Shown here one piece after another: positions 1 through 8,900 of a DNA stretch of 64,000 nucleotides. The DNA is from a virus: positions 82,530 to 146,529 of IMG/VR virus record IMGVR_UViG_3300045988_172778. The stretch is one strand, 5' to 3'. The stretch's first letter is position 1. Each line of letters starts with the position of its first letter. The notes under the pieces were generated by a model, which worked only from the letters and a program-made list of their open reading frames with translations, had not been told where the DNA came from and did not search any database. A program made the position numbers and the translations under genes.

Positions 1-2
1 TG

Positions 3-365
3 GAAGAAAAAGAGGTTTTTAAAGTTCCCCCGAAAGAGGTTCAACAGGCGGTCATCGACCGCGTTTTGATGCGGATAGAGGCGCGTCGTTCGAGTTTCAC
101 CCGCGAAGACGTAATCGGTTTCGCAAAAGAGGCGCAGATCCCGACCATATACGCAGAGGCGGTTAGCTCCGCTGTTATCGAGGATTTGGGCAGCAGAATT
201 TTCTCGCGTTTGCTCGTAAACGGAATGCTCATTCCCGTAAAAGGCACCAACTATTACAGGAAAATCACCGAAGAAGAAATGCAAGCGGCAAAGAAGGCTT
301 ATTTGGCGGCGCAGGAAGAGACAACGCAGGAGGCGCAAAATGACGAAAAAACCGTACTTAACTAA
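3..365 (+). CDS. hypothetical protein, 5'-truncated at window edge
   Basis: frame open from nt 3 to the stop at 363-365; next gene starts inside its 3' end behind AGGAGG. Confidence 0.55.
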   Translation, partial: EEKEVFKVPPKEVQQAVIDRVLMRIEARRSSFTREDVIGFAKEAQIPTIYAEAVSSAVIEDLGSRIFSRLLVNGMLIPVKGTNYYRKITEEEMQAAKKAYLAAQEETTQEAQNDEKTVLN

Positions 366-696
366 AGAGCAGTTCGTAGAGTACGTCGGGCGGATAAAAG
401 CGACGTGCGATAAAGACGACATGTTGTCAGAAGCGGTAGAGAAAGCGTGTAACGATGATTGCCGAGTAATCGGCTTATACGGCGCTGAATGCTCCGCGAT
501 GGTTGATTTGCTCTCGTTCGCAATGGGGTCGGAAGTCGGGACTTGCAGCGGAAATGAGATTGAGTATTTCATATACGACCTGAATTTTGGGAAAGATTAC
601 GCAGAAGGGTGTTTCACCGAAATGGACGGTACACCGATAGATATTTCAACGGCAGAAAAGTTATACGACTATATTGCGTTGGAGGCAGAGAAATGA
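340..696 (+). CDS. hypothetical protein
   Basis: AGGAGG SD then ATG; packed + strand ORF; no motif recognised. Confidence 0.7.
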   Translation: MTKKPYLTKEQFVEYVGRIKATCDKDDMLSEAVEKACNDDCRVIGLYGAECSAMVDLLSFAMGSEVGTCSGNEIEYFIYDLNFGKDYAEGCFTEMDGTPIDISTAEKLYDYIALEAEK

Positions 697-1058
697 TTAC
701 AATGTACGACACGCCCAAAAAGGTTAAACTCACCGATTTATTCCCTGATTCGGGGCGCAAGTATTATATTCAAAAGTTCGAGTACGGTGATTTCGATAAT
801 TGGGTTACGGCGGTTATATACGAAACGAGCCTCGTTATAAACGATTACTCGCTCAATTCAAAAGCGGTAAAAGACGGGAAATACTCCGCGTATTTAGCGA
901 CGACGTTTATTTCAATCGATGGAGTTGGGGAAATGGGCGAAGACTTCATAAAAAGAGGCCGTAAGTTTGTCGGTTGTGGGAATGACATAAAAATAAGTAA
1001 GCTCGAAGATTTAACCGATTTCGAAGTTACGGTGGACGGAGAATGGACGAGAGGCTGA
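693..1058 (+). CDS. hypothetical protein
   Basis: ATGA start/stop overlap with upstream gene, GGAGG SD; the ORF-track start at 609 lies inside the previous gene. Confidence 0.65.
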   Translation: MITMYDTPKKVKLTDLFPDSGRKYYIQKFEYGDFDNWVTAVIYETSLVINDYSLNSKAVKDGKYSAYLATTFISIDGVGEMGEDFIKRGRKFVGCGNDIKISKLEDLTDFEVTVDGEWTRG

Positions 1059-1059
1059 A

Positions 1060-2124
1060 ATGCTCAAAGACATAAAGGAAAAACTCATAACCAACGCGGA
1101 TGCGCTCATCGAATTACTCGAAGAATTCGGGTTTGAAAAAATCACCCCGCGAGTAAGCGAAATTCGGTGCGCCCGTGACGCAGATGGTGGCGGCAATAAC
1201 ATTCAAATTCGTCTCAATAATAACGACGGCGTGTATGTTACCGATTACGTACGCGGAACGAAAGGCGAAGATATAATCGCTTATATAATGCGCGAGAAAG
1301 GCGTTGATTTCCGCACAGTCGTTGGGAAAATTCAGAAAATTCTCGGTTTATCGGACGATTGGGCGAAGCAAAAACAATTGCCGTTATTTGGCGGGTTTTA
1401 CAATCAAATCGGGCGAAAGAACGCGGAAATCGAAGTGAAGACTTATCCCGAAAGTGTGCTCGACCAATACGATATGACGCCGAATGAACGTTGGATTAAA
1501 GACGGTATCACGATCGAGGCACAGCGGTTTTACAATGTGGGATATGACCAATACGACCAAAGAATTATATTTCCTATTCGTAGTGCGGAAACGGGCATGC
1601 TCATGGGAATTAAAAAAAGACGCAATTATTCAACGACTGACGAGAGTGACCCGAAATATGTTTACGAAAAAGACTATGCTTGCTTAATGAGCCAAACGCT
1701 TTTCAATTATTCGGAAAGTTACGGCGATTTATATGGGAACGAAGTTTGGGTTGTAGAAGCAGAAAAAACTTGCTTACAGGCATATGGATTTGGAGTTCAT
1801 AATGTTGTCGCCCTTGGTTCACATTCATTGTCAGAAAAACAAGCGCAATTAATTCTTCAACTTAATCCAAAACGAATAATTATGGCACTTGATGAGGGTT
1901 TGGACAAAACAAACCCCGAGGCACTTGATATTAATATGAAAATGCTTAAATCGTTTTCGGCGTTGCGCGATCTTGAATTATGGTACTGGGACTCAACGCT
2001 CGACCCGATGATTAAAGGGACAAAATGCGGTCCGTGCGACAATGGCGCGGAGTATTTCGAAAAAGTGAAAAACGAGCAACTAAAAAGGTGGAATTATGGC
2101 AAAGAAAAAGACGAAGAAGTTTAA
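1060..2124 (+). CDS. Toprim-domain DNA primase-like protein
   Basis: acidic Toprim-like motifs VVEAEKTCL and IIMALDEGLD in the C-terminal half; sits in a replication gene context. Confidence 0.55.
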   Translation: MLKDIKEKLITNADALIELLEEFGFEKITPRVSEIRCARDADGGGNNIQIRLNNNDGVYVTDYVRGTKGEDIIAYIMREKGVDFRTVVGKIQKILGLSDDWAKQKQLPLFGGFYNQIGRKNAEIEVKTYPESVLDQYDMTPNERWIKDGITIEAQRFYNVGYDQYDQRIIFPIRSAETGMLMGIKKRRNYSTTDESDPKYVYEKDYACLMSQTLFNYSESYGDLYGNEVWVVEAEKTCLQAYGFGVHNVVALGSHSLSEKQAQLILQLNPKRIIMALDEGLDKTNPEALDINMKMLKSFSALRDLELWYWDSTLDPMIKGTKCGPCDNGAEYFEKVKNEQLKRWNYGKEKDEEV

Positions 2125-2530
2125 GGGGTTTCACAATTTGTCGGCGGGGCTTTTTGGCTATTACGGTTGGCGTTGGTATAAAAATATCGGCGATTTTTGG
2201 ATTTTGATTAAGCGCGTATTTTTCGTCTTGAATCACGGTTATGCTCCGCAAGCGTTATGGGAAACTGACGGTTGGTTTATCGGGGTTATGCGGGAGATTT
2301 TGACAGATTACCGTAATAATCGAGGTTTCGTCGGGTTTTTTGACCGCGAAACAGAAACCGAAGAAGAAGACGAGAAAAAGACGAATGAATTGCTCGATCA
2401 TATGATTGGTTTGCTCGATAAAATGGAACTTGATTATATGTATGATGAAAAAACAATAAAAGAATCCGATGAAGCGAGAGAGGAATTTTTTGCATTATTT
2501 TGCAAATATTTTTATTCATTTTGCGATTAA
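2096..2530 (+). CDS. hypothetical protein
   Basis: AGGTGG SD then ATG; acidic C-terminal half; no motif recognised. Confidence 0.65.
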   Translation: MAKKKTKKFKGFHNLSAGLFGYYGWRWYKNIGDFWILIKRVFFVLNHGYAPQALWETDGWFIGVMREILTDYRNNRGFVGFFDRETETEEEDEKKTNELLDHMIGLLDKMELDYMYDEKTIKESDEAREEFFALFCKYFYSFCD

Positions 2531-2545
2531 AAGGAGAGGTGGAAG

Positions 2546-3787
2546 ATGTCGAAATTTAAAACTTATAAAGATGTGAAAATTGCGGTATATGCGATATGTA
2601 AAAACGAGGCGAAATTCATTGACGGGTGGTTAAAGAATGTTTGGTGTGATGGAAAGGGCGCTGACGGGGTTTATGTTCTCGACACTGGTTCAACCGATTC
2701 GACATTACAGGATTTCGAAAGCGTTTCCAAAGCAATCGGCGCACCCGAAGGTTGGTTGACCGTTAAACAAAAGACGTATGAGAAGTGGCGTTTTGATACG
2801 GGGCGCAACGACAATCTCGCAATGGTACCGCCCGAAAAATACGACGTTTTTTATTGTATCGACCTCGACGAAAAGGTTATCCCTGATTTTTGGGATGATT
2901 TGCGGAAGATGGTTTTTGAACACCCCGATTTTGAGCGTATATATTACCAATATGCGTGGTCGCATGATGAAGAGACGGGCGAACCGAAATTGTATTTTTG
3001 GTACGACAAAATTCACGGCACGCGCGGCTGGCGCTGGGATTGCCCCGTACATGAGGCATTAAAATGCGATGAGCCTGAAAAATATGGATATCATGGCATT
3101 TATTACCTCAATTCGGACAAAATATATCTCCATCATTACCCCGATCCAACAAAAAGTAGAGGGTCTTATTTAGGGCTTTTAAAATTAAGGACCGAAGAAT
3201 GCCCCGAAGATTTATATGGCTTGTATTATCTCGCGAGGGAATATACGTTTTATAATGATTCGGCGAATGCCTCAAAAACACTTTTTGAATTATATGTTAG
3301 ATTGCTTAAAACAAATCCGACAAAAAAAGAATTGGAAGGTCGCAGCGATACAAAGATGTTGCCTATAACGTGCTGTTTATTAGGTGATACATTGAGAAAA
3401 TGCGGGTTAAAAGACGACGCAGAATTTTATTATCGTAGGGCGTTTCATTTTAATAATACAATAGGCGCCCAATATATTAAATTAGCACAATTATTGGCTT
3501 ATAGCGGCAGAAGTGAAGAATGTTATGCTGTTTTAAAGGAAATGGATGACAAAGCCGTTAAAGACACCGATTGGCGTTTCGCTGAATATTACTGGCGCGA
3601 TTGGAAAAAATTCCAAATTATAGCGGATGCGAAATGTTGGGAAGGAAAGTACGAGGAAGCACAAAAATATTTCGATATGGCATTTGCCGACATTAAAACC
3701 GTTTCGGATAAAACCGATGCAACAAATGAAGGATTGTATACGGATTATGCTTGGTTGGTAAATCATTTGGCGGAACAGAAAAAATAA
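2546..3787 (+). CDS. family-2-like glycosyltransferase with C-terminal TPR-like repeats
   Basis: N-terminal AVYAICKNEAKFI...VLDTGSTDST...CIDLDE pattern typical of GT2 folds; helical repeat region (YYLAREY, FYYRRAF, AEYYWRDW). Confidence 0.6.
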   Translation: MSKFKTYKDVKIAVYAICKNEAKFIDGWLKNVWCDGKGADGVYVLDTGSTDSTLQDFESVSKAIGAPEGWLTVKQKTYEKWRFDTGRNDNLAMVPPEKYDVFYCIDLDEKVIPDFWDDLRKMVFEHPDFERIYYQYAWSHDEETGEPKLYFWYDKIHGTRGWRWDCPVHEALKCDEPEKYGYHGIYYLNSDKIYLHHYPDPTKSRGSYLGLLKLRTEECPEDLYGLYYLAREYTFYNDSANASKTLFELYVRLLKTNPTKKELEGRSDTKMLPITCCLLGDTLRKCGLKDDAEFYYRRAFHFNNTIGAQYIKLAQLLAYSGRSEECYAVLKEMDDKAVKDTDWRFAEYYWRDWKKFQIIADAKCWEGKYEEAQKYFDMAFADIKTVSDKTDATNEGLYTDYAWLVNHLAEQKK

Positions 3788-3795
3788 TTTTTTTG

Positions 3796-3832
3796 AGAAT
3801 TGTTAAGTAAAATGCTTGACAATTCTTTTTTT
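3796..3832 (+). terminator. rho-independent terminator overlapping the next promoter
   Basis: AGAATTGT (3796-3803) pairs with ACAATTCT (3819-3826), then a T-run to 3832; the loop and 3' arm contain the -35 box. Confidence 0.6.
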
Positions 3833-3844
3833 ATCTGTTATACT
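3816..3844 (+). promoter_or_regulatory. sigma-A/sigma-70 consensus promoter
   Basis: TTGACA 3816-3821, 17-nt spacer, TGt then TATACT 3839-3844. Confidence 0.75.
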
Positions 3845-3892
3845 AATACCAAGAAATGAATAATAGCATCATTTTAATAGGAGAGAAATATC

Positions 3893-4207
3893 ATGAAAAT
3901 TCTGAACAATAGCAAAGAAACAAAAGAATATCTCAACTCATTACCGAAAGCCTATATTGCAGCTTGCTGGGCTGGTTGGGGTGTTCGAGGTTTCCCTTTT
4001 AGCGGTAAATATGCAGACAAAGAAAAAATGGACCCGCTCGTTTGGGATTATTTCGATTTCAACGGAGCCGCCGATGAATGGCATTTAATCAGTATTTACG
4101 ACACGACAACTGGATTTATTGCTGGTTGGTCTTTTAATGAGGCGATGTTAAAAGATTATGTTCGACTTAAAAACATTGAACGCGGAGAAGGGTGGCGAAA
4201 TGAGTAA
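3893..4207 (+). CDS. hypothetical protein
   Basis: first gene after the promoter; AGGAGAG SD then ATG. Confidence 0.7.
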   Translation: MKILNNSKETKEYLNSLPKAYIAACWAGWGVRGFPFSGKYADKEKMDPLVWDYFDFNGAADEWHLISIYDTTTGFIAGWSFNEAMLKDYVRLKNIERGEGWRNE

Positions 4208-4523
4208 ACTCGTAAAAGCGTATAAATACGACGGGCGATTATATTCCGATGAAGACCGTGTGCAATGCTTACCGATTTACACTTTGTATCGAAAGTTGGA
4301 AGATGAAGAGAAAGTTACAACGGTTTTGGATTATGGACGTTCTGATTGTTTGGCGGAATATTATTATATGCCAGAGGATTATCAAAGCGGATTTCTTAAT
4401 TATCAAATTGAAGATTTAACTGAATTTTTAGATAAATTTGCGGATAGACTTGGAATAGAGATTTTGGAGATAGAAAAATGTATACGGAAAAGGAGACAAA
4501 AAGATGAAACGCGAATGTATTGA
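4200..4523 (+). CDS. hypothetical protein
   Basis: in-frame ATG at 4200 behind GGGTGG, overlapping the upstream stop; the ORF-track start at 4158 lies inside the previous gene. Confidence 0.65.
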   Translation: MSKLVKAYKYDGRLYSDEDRVQCLPIYTLYRKLEDEEKVTTVLDYGRSDCLAEYYYMPEDYQSGFLNYQIEDLTEFLDKFADRLGIEILEIEKCIRKRRQKDETRMY

Positions 4524-4797
4524 TAAATTAGCGAAACTTTTAGACGAGGCGGGAGTGCCTTATACCAGAAAACCGATTTGGGATGGAGAGCAAATTCGCA
4601 TTGAGGTGCTTTGCGATGCGGTTTGTCATAATTTTTCTTATGGGAATGAAAATGACCTTTTAGAAATTATAGGTGCCGTAACAGAAGAAGAGTGCGAATT
4701 TAGTGATGTTTTAGGGTTTTTAACACCCGAAGAGGTCGCAAAAAGATTTGAGTATTGTTATCACAATAACACAGACACTTATCGCGAGGAAAAATAA
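4504..4797 (+). CDS. hypothetical protein
   Basis: AGGAGA SD then ATG; no motif recognised. Confidence 0.7.
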   Translation: MKRECIDKLAKLLDEAGVPYTRKPIWDGEQIRIEVLCDAVCHNFSYGNENDLLEIIGAVTEEECEFSDVLGFLTPEEVAKRFEYCYHNNTDTYREEK

Positions 4798-5259
4798 ATG
4801 AACGGAATAGTGGAAATAATTATTTTGATAGCTTGTTGTGGAGTTTTAGGCGTTGGCGCTGCTTGTTTTATTGGAGAAGGGATATTGGTTCGCCGTTACA
4901 AAAAATTTTACGAGACTACCGAAGATGGAAAGAAATTATATTATGCCAGATATATGTTGGATCTTCTTAAAATAAAAAAATGCAGCTTTATTAGAAACCA
5001 AATGCAATTAAAAGATAAAATAGATGAATATATAGCATATATGCCAGACGATAATGAGAATGGAGAAAATTTAATAAAATTAAAACTTCAATACAAGTGT
5101 AATATCGAAGAATTAAAAAGAATAAATCAAAAAATAGAGGATTTAGAAAAGCAAATCAAAAAAATGGTAGCAGATTTGCCCAAAAAGTATAAAGGAATTT
5201 TAGACTATAACTGGGAAATCGCGAAAGTGGAAGTTAAGGAGGAAGACATATGTTGGTAA
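4798..5259 (+). CDS. membrane-anchored coiled-coil protein
   Basis: hydrophobic N-terminus IVEIIILIACCGVLGVGAACFI followed by a K/E-rich helical region. Confidence 0.65.
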   Translation: MNGIVEIIILIACCGVLGVGAACFIGEGILVRRYKKFYETTEDGKKLYYARYMLDLLKIKKCSFIRNQMQLKDKIDEYIAYMPDDNENGENLIKLKLQYKCNIEELKRINQKIEDLEKQIKKMVADLPKKYKGILDYNWEIAKVEVKEEDICW

Positions 5260-5630
5260 AAGATTGGCTGAGCGTGGTTGTTCCCGCGTCGAATATTGAG
5301 GTTGTATACGGGAATCTCTCGGCATATGGAACAAAGGAAAGCATAGAGGAAGATTACGGGGATTTCGACTTGAAAAGAGTCGAGCAAGTAGATGATACAG
5401 ATTTGTTAATTCTTTATGTTTCTAAATATACAGAATGCGATTGTTATCGGACCAAAAAAGTGAGACATTATCTTACAGAATACGAAAAAGGATTTTATGC
5501 CGCATTACATGGTGGTTCCCCTGTAGATTATATAATTGAAGACCAATCTTATTGTATAGGTACAAAAGAGTGCGAATTTTGTACCTGTGGTGGAGATAAA
5601 AGAAAGTGTGATTTTTATCCTGCTAAATAA
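5250..5630 (+). CDS. hypothetical Cys-rich protein
   Basis: AAGGAGG SD then ATG; C-terminal CEFCTCGGDKRKC cluster. Confidence 0.7.
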   Translation: MLVKDWLSVVVPASNIEVVYGNLSAYGTKESIEEDYGDFDLKRVEQVDDTDLLILYVSKYTECDCYRTKKVRHYLTEYEKGFYAALHGGSPVDYIIEDQSYCIGTKECEFCTCGGDKRKCDFYPAK

Positions 5631-5664
5631 AATCGGAATTTTATCAAAAACCTCGTTCAAACAG

Positions 5665-5693
5665 TTGACAAACGGATTTCGGTGTGCTATAAT
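5665..5693 (+). promoter_or_regulatory. sigma-A/sigma-70 consensus promoter
   Basis: TTGACA 5665-5670, 17-nt spacer, TGc then TATAAT 5688-5693. Confidence 0.8.
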
Positions 5694-5722
5694 AAAGCCA
5701 CAGATTGAGTAAAGGAGTAAAT

Positions 5723-5839
5723 ATGAGAGAAGATTATACTTTTTGTTATGATAATGTTCCTATTGACTTTAAAGCTTATGTGCTAAATCAACTTAGAAAT
5801 TTGGGTTATTTTAATTGGCTTAGAGATGAACCTAGATGA
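5723..5839 (+). CDS. small hypothetical protein (38 aa)
   Basis: AAGGAG SD 7 nt before the ATG, first ORF after the promoter; below the ORF-track size cut-off. Confidence 0.4.
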   Translation: MREDYTFCYDNVPIDFKAYVLNQLRNLGYFNWLRDEPR

Positions 5840-5975
5840 ATTAAAGAAGAGGAAGATTTTTTAAATTATCCCTTACATAGAAAGGGAAATAAAACGAGAC
5901 CAAAAAAGAATAAGAGAAGCCAAGGAATTTCTTAAACGAATAAAAGAGCACCCTGATGAAGAGTATGGGAAATAC

Positions 5976-6392
5976 GTGAAAGACGAAACCGAGAAATGGC
6001 AGGCGCAGTATAATACCAAAATTAATAACGAAACAGATTATGCCACTGAGCGCATTAAATACCTGAAACGCCGTGCCGATGAGTTGCAGTCTTTTCTTAA
6101 TAGTTGGGAGACGCCTGATGAATATTACAACGTGACTGAAACTTTGAATAATCAGCTTCGGACTGTAAGAAAAGAAGTCAAAGAGCAGCAAGAAGATAGA
6201 AAACTGTTTTATGACAACCTTGAAGACAAACCCGTTATAGCGTCTAAGGAAGTTTATCTGGAAGATATTAAAGAACAGTGTGAAGACATTATAAAGAGAA
6301 GTCGGAATTGGATTTCTGATAATAAAAGAAATATCGAAAGAATGAAAAAGCAACTCGCCCGCCTCAGTCGTGGATGTTTGTTGAAGAGATAG
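5976..6392 (+). CDS. coiled-coil hypothetical protein (start uncertain)
   Basis: GTG start in the ORF track with no good SD; the same frame is open and protein-like from 5865. Confidence 0.45.
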   Translation: MKDETEKWQAQYNTKINNETDYATERIKYLKRRADELQSFLNSWETPDEYYNVTETLNNQLRTVRKEVKEQQEDRKLFYDNLEDKPVIASKEVYLEDIKEQCEDIIKRSRNWISDNKRNIERMKKQLARLSRGCLLKR

Positions 6393-6420
6393 AAATAAGA
6401 TAAAAACAAGGAGAGAAACA

Positions 6421-6753
6421 ATGATTAAAATTTGGGTTGATGATGAAAGAGAAATGCCAAAAGACTATAGTTGTACCGCTTGTACAACTAGATGTGCTCT
6501 TTATTTTATCAAGAAAGCTTTTTATAATAAAGATGATGTAGAAATTTCTCTCGATCATGATGCTGGAAAATATGCTGATATGGGCGGGGATTATATTAAA
6601 ATTTTAGAGAAATTGGAAGCTTTATCTTATGAATATCCAATGGTTAAAGATTATATCAAAAACAAAATGGTCTTCCATCTTCATACTGCAAATCCAGTCG
6701 GAAGAGACAATATGAGAAGAATTATTCAGAAAAATGGTTGGAAGGAAGTATGA
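6421..6753 (+). CDS. receiver-like (cREC-type) domain protein
   Basis: IWVDDERxxP...ISLDHDAG...HLHTANPVGRDNM pattern resembles the phage-borne cyclic-phosphate-processing receiver-like family. Confidence 0.4.
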   Translation: MIKIWVDDEREMPKDYSCTACTTRCALYFIKKAFYNKDDVEISLDHDAGKYADMGGDYIKILEKLEALSYEYPMVKDYIKNKMVFHLHTANPVGRDNMRRIIQKNGWKEV

Positions 6754-6857
6754 AAGATAGAGATAATTTAAAATAAGTATAAAAATATAGCGTCAACTAA
6801 TTTTATACTATAATATATAATTAAATTATAAAAATTATTTGGAGGTGCCATTGAAAT

Positions 6858-7973
6858 ATGGTAGGATTTATTTTAGGTTTAATTGCTATTGCAATTGGTG
6901 TTATTGTTGGAGCAGTTCTTAAGGGATACTCTATTATGGAAGCTGTAACTAACTCTAATAATGAAAGAGTTAAGGTTAAGACCAATCCTCTTAAGAAATA
7001 TGCAGTCATTCCTATTGCAGCTGGAATTGTTTTAGGGTGTATTGGTACATTCTGTGGTAGTGTTGTGTCGGTAACTACAGGTAATACTGGTGTTGTATCT
7101 ACTTTCGGTAAAGTTGAAAACTATACTCTTGAGTCAGGGTTCCATTTTAAAGCTCCTTGGAATACTGTAACAGAGATGGATAATAGAGTTCAGAAGCAGA
7201 CTATTGAAATGAAATGCTTTAGCTCTGATATTCAGGAAGTTAGTATGAAATATACTCTTAACTATCAAATTGATCGTGCTAATGCACAGGAAATTTATAG
7301 AACTATAGGTAAAGATTATTATTCAACTATTATTGAACCTAATATTACTGAGGCTGTAAAAGTTGCTTCTGCTCAGTATACCGCAGAAAAGCTAGTTCAA
7401 ACTAGAAGTGAATTAGCAGATGATATTGAAAAACTATTGAGAGAAAATCTTAATAAATATCATATTAATGTAAGTTCAACTGCTATTGAGGATATGGATT
7501 TTACGGATGCTTTCACTAATGCAGTAGAAGCAAAGCAGGTTGCAGAACAGAAGAAGAAACAAGCAGAAATTGAACAGTCTCAGCAACTTGCTCAAGCTGA
7601 AAATGATAAGAAAATTGCTGAAACAAAAGCTAAAGCTGAAGCTGAGGTAGCAAAGATTAAAGCAGAAGCAGATATGGAAGTAGCTAAGATTGAAGCTGAT
7701 ACAGCTGAATATGCAGGTCAGAAAAATGCAGCTATTGCACTTCAAGGACTTGCCTCTACAAATGGGTGGACAGTTGTAACTTATAAAAATCCTGATGGTG
7801 CTTCTATCAATAAGCTTCTTAAATCTGATGGTGAAGTTGTAACTCAAGCTGAACTTGAAATTGGTGTTAAGAATTATCTTGAAAAACTTAAAAATGATAA
7901 ATGGGATGGTAAGTTGCCTGTTTACTATCTTGGATCTGATGGAAGTATTACAACTGTAATTCCTACACCATGA
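6858..7973 (+). CDS. SPFH/band-7 (prohibitin/HflC-like) membrane protein
   Basis: N-terminal TM segments, SPFH core (VVSTFGKVENYTLESGFHFKAPW...DIQEVSMKYTLNYQI...AEKLVQTRSEL), then an A/E/K-rich coiled coil. Confidence 0.8.
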   Translation: MVGFILGLIAIAIGVIVGAVLKGYSIMEAVTNSNNERVKVKTNPLKKYAVIPIAAGIVLGCIGTFCGSVVSVTTGNTGVVSTFGKVENYTLESGFHFKAPWNTVTEMDNRVQKQTIEMKCFSSDIQEVSMKYTLNYQIDRANAQEIYRTIGKDYYSTIIEPNITEAVKVASAQYTAEKLVQTRSELADDIEKLLRENLNKYHINVSSTAIEDMDFTDAFTNAVEAKQVAEQKKKQAEIEQSQQLAQAENDKKIAETKAKAEAEVAKIKAEADMEVAKIEADTAEYAGQKNAAIALQGLASTNGWTVVTYKNPDGASINKLLKSDGEVVTQAELEIGVKNYLEKLKNDKWDGKLPVYYLGSDGSITTVIPTP

Positions 7974-8263
7974 AGGGGATGAAGAACATGAGAATAATTT
8001 GTAATTCAATTGGTCTTAATATAGAAACAGAGGTAATATTTGCTGGGAGAAGGTTAGTAACGCAAGGTCTATCAATTAAACAATTATGCGATTTGTGGAA
8101 ATGGTATTATCATATTTCATCATTTGAAAAAGTTGAAATTGTATTTTGTCATGATAAAGATTACAATGCAATAAATCAGAAAACCTTGTCAAGTTCCAAA
8201 TCGGTAAAAGAAATGCTTGAAGAAGAAGGTTTCGTTTGTAAAAAATTTGACGAGGTTTTTTGA
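7970..8263 (+). CDS. hypothetical protein
   Basis: ATGA overlap with the SPFH gene stop. Confidence 0.6.
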   Translation: MKGMKNMRIICNSIGLNIETEVIFAGRRLVTQGLSIKQLCDLWKWYYHISSFEKVEIVFCHDKDYNAINQKTLSSSKSVKEMLEEEGFVCKKFDEVF

Positions 8264-8264
8264 T

Positions 8265-8594
8265 ATGTGTGATTGCAAACATTGTAGTGAAAGGTTTAAT
8301 TTCGACCCAAAAGATGGGAAAGAATATTCTTATTGCGTTTGTTTGCGCGATGATAATTATCTCGAATATTGTTTTGCCGAAGATGGCGGTAAATGCCGCC
8401 TTTACGAACCGCCAGAAGATAAAATCTGCCGAAACATAACCAAAGAAAATCCCGTAGATGATTTCGTTTGCTCGAAGTGCGGCGTTCATTTATACGACTG
8501 GATTAGAGTACGCGATGAGGATTATTACGAATACGAGTTTAAGTATTGCCCGAATTGCGGGGGCAAGGTGGTGGAAGATGGTAAAGTCTTGTAA
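8265..8594 (+). CDS. Cys-rich zinc-ribbon-like protein
   Basis: ATG at 8265 just after the upstream stop; CDCKHC...CSKCG...CPNCG motifs. Confidence 0.6.
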   Translation: MCDCKHCSERFNFDPKDGKEYSYCVCLRDDNYLEYCFAEDGGKCRLYEPPEDKICRNITKENPVDDFVCSKCGVHLYDWIRVRDEDYYEYEFKYCPNCGGKVVEDGKVL

Positions 8595-8811
8595 GTATTG
8601 CTCACTTAGAAAAATTGACGGGCATTGGGACTTCCGTTGTTCGCACGAAGGTAATTATTTGCAAAAATGCGCAAATGGGTTTAATCGGTCTTGTGACTTG
8701 TTTAAAGAAGAACCGAAAGGTGCTATTGTCAGAATTACATATAGCGGTCCAAGAGCAGAGATGCTAAAGCTCTTGGAAGAATTGGGCGGTTCAATAGAAG
8801 AAGATAAATAA
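8578..8811 (+). CDS. small Cys-rich protein
   Basis: internal ATG at 8578 behind GGTGG; begins MVKSCKYCSLRK. Confidence 0.55.
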   Translation: MVKSCKYCSLRKIDGHWDFRCSHEGNYLQKCANGFNRSCDLFKEEPKGAIVRITYSGPRAEMLKLLEELGGSIEEDK

Positions 8812-8825
8812 AAAAAATTTTTGGT

Positions 8826-8856
8826 CAACTGTGTAAAAACAGTTGACTTTTCTTTT
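8826..8856 (+). terminator. terminator-like hairpin overlapping a promoter
   Basis: CAACTGT (8826-8832) pairs with ACAGTTG (8839-8845), followed by TTTTCTTTT. Confidence 0.5.
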
Positions 8857-8871
8857 CGGTTATGTTATAAT
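8843..8871 (+). promoter_or_regulatory. sigma-A/sigma-70 promoter
   Basis: TTGACT 8843-8848, 17-nt spacer, TGt then TATAAT 8866-8871. Confidence 0.75.
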
Positions 8872-8900
8872 CAAATTATCAAGTTAAAGGAGTGGTTTTC

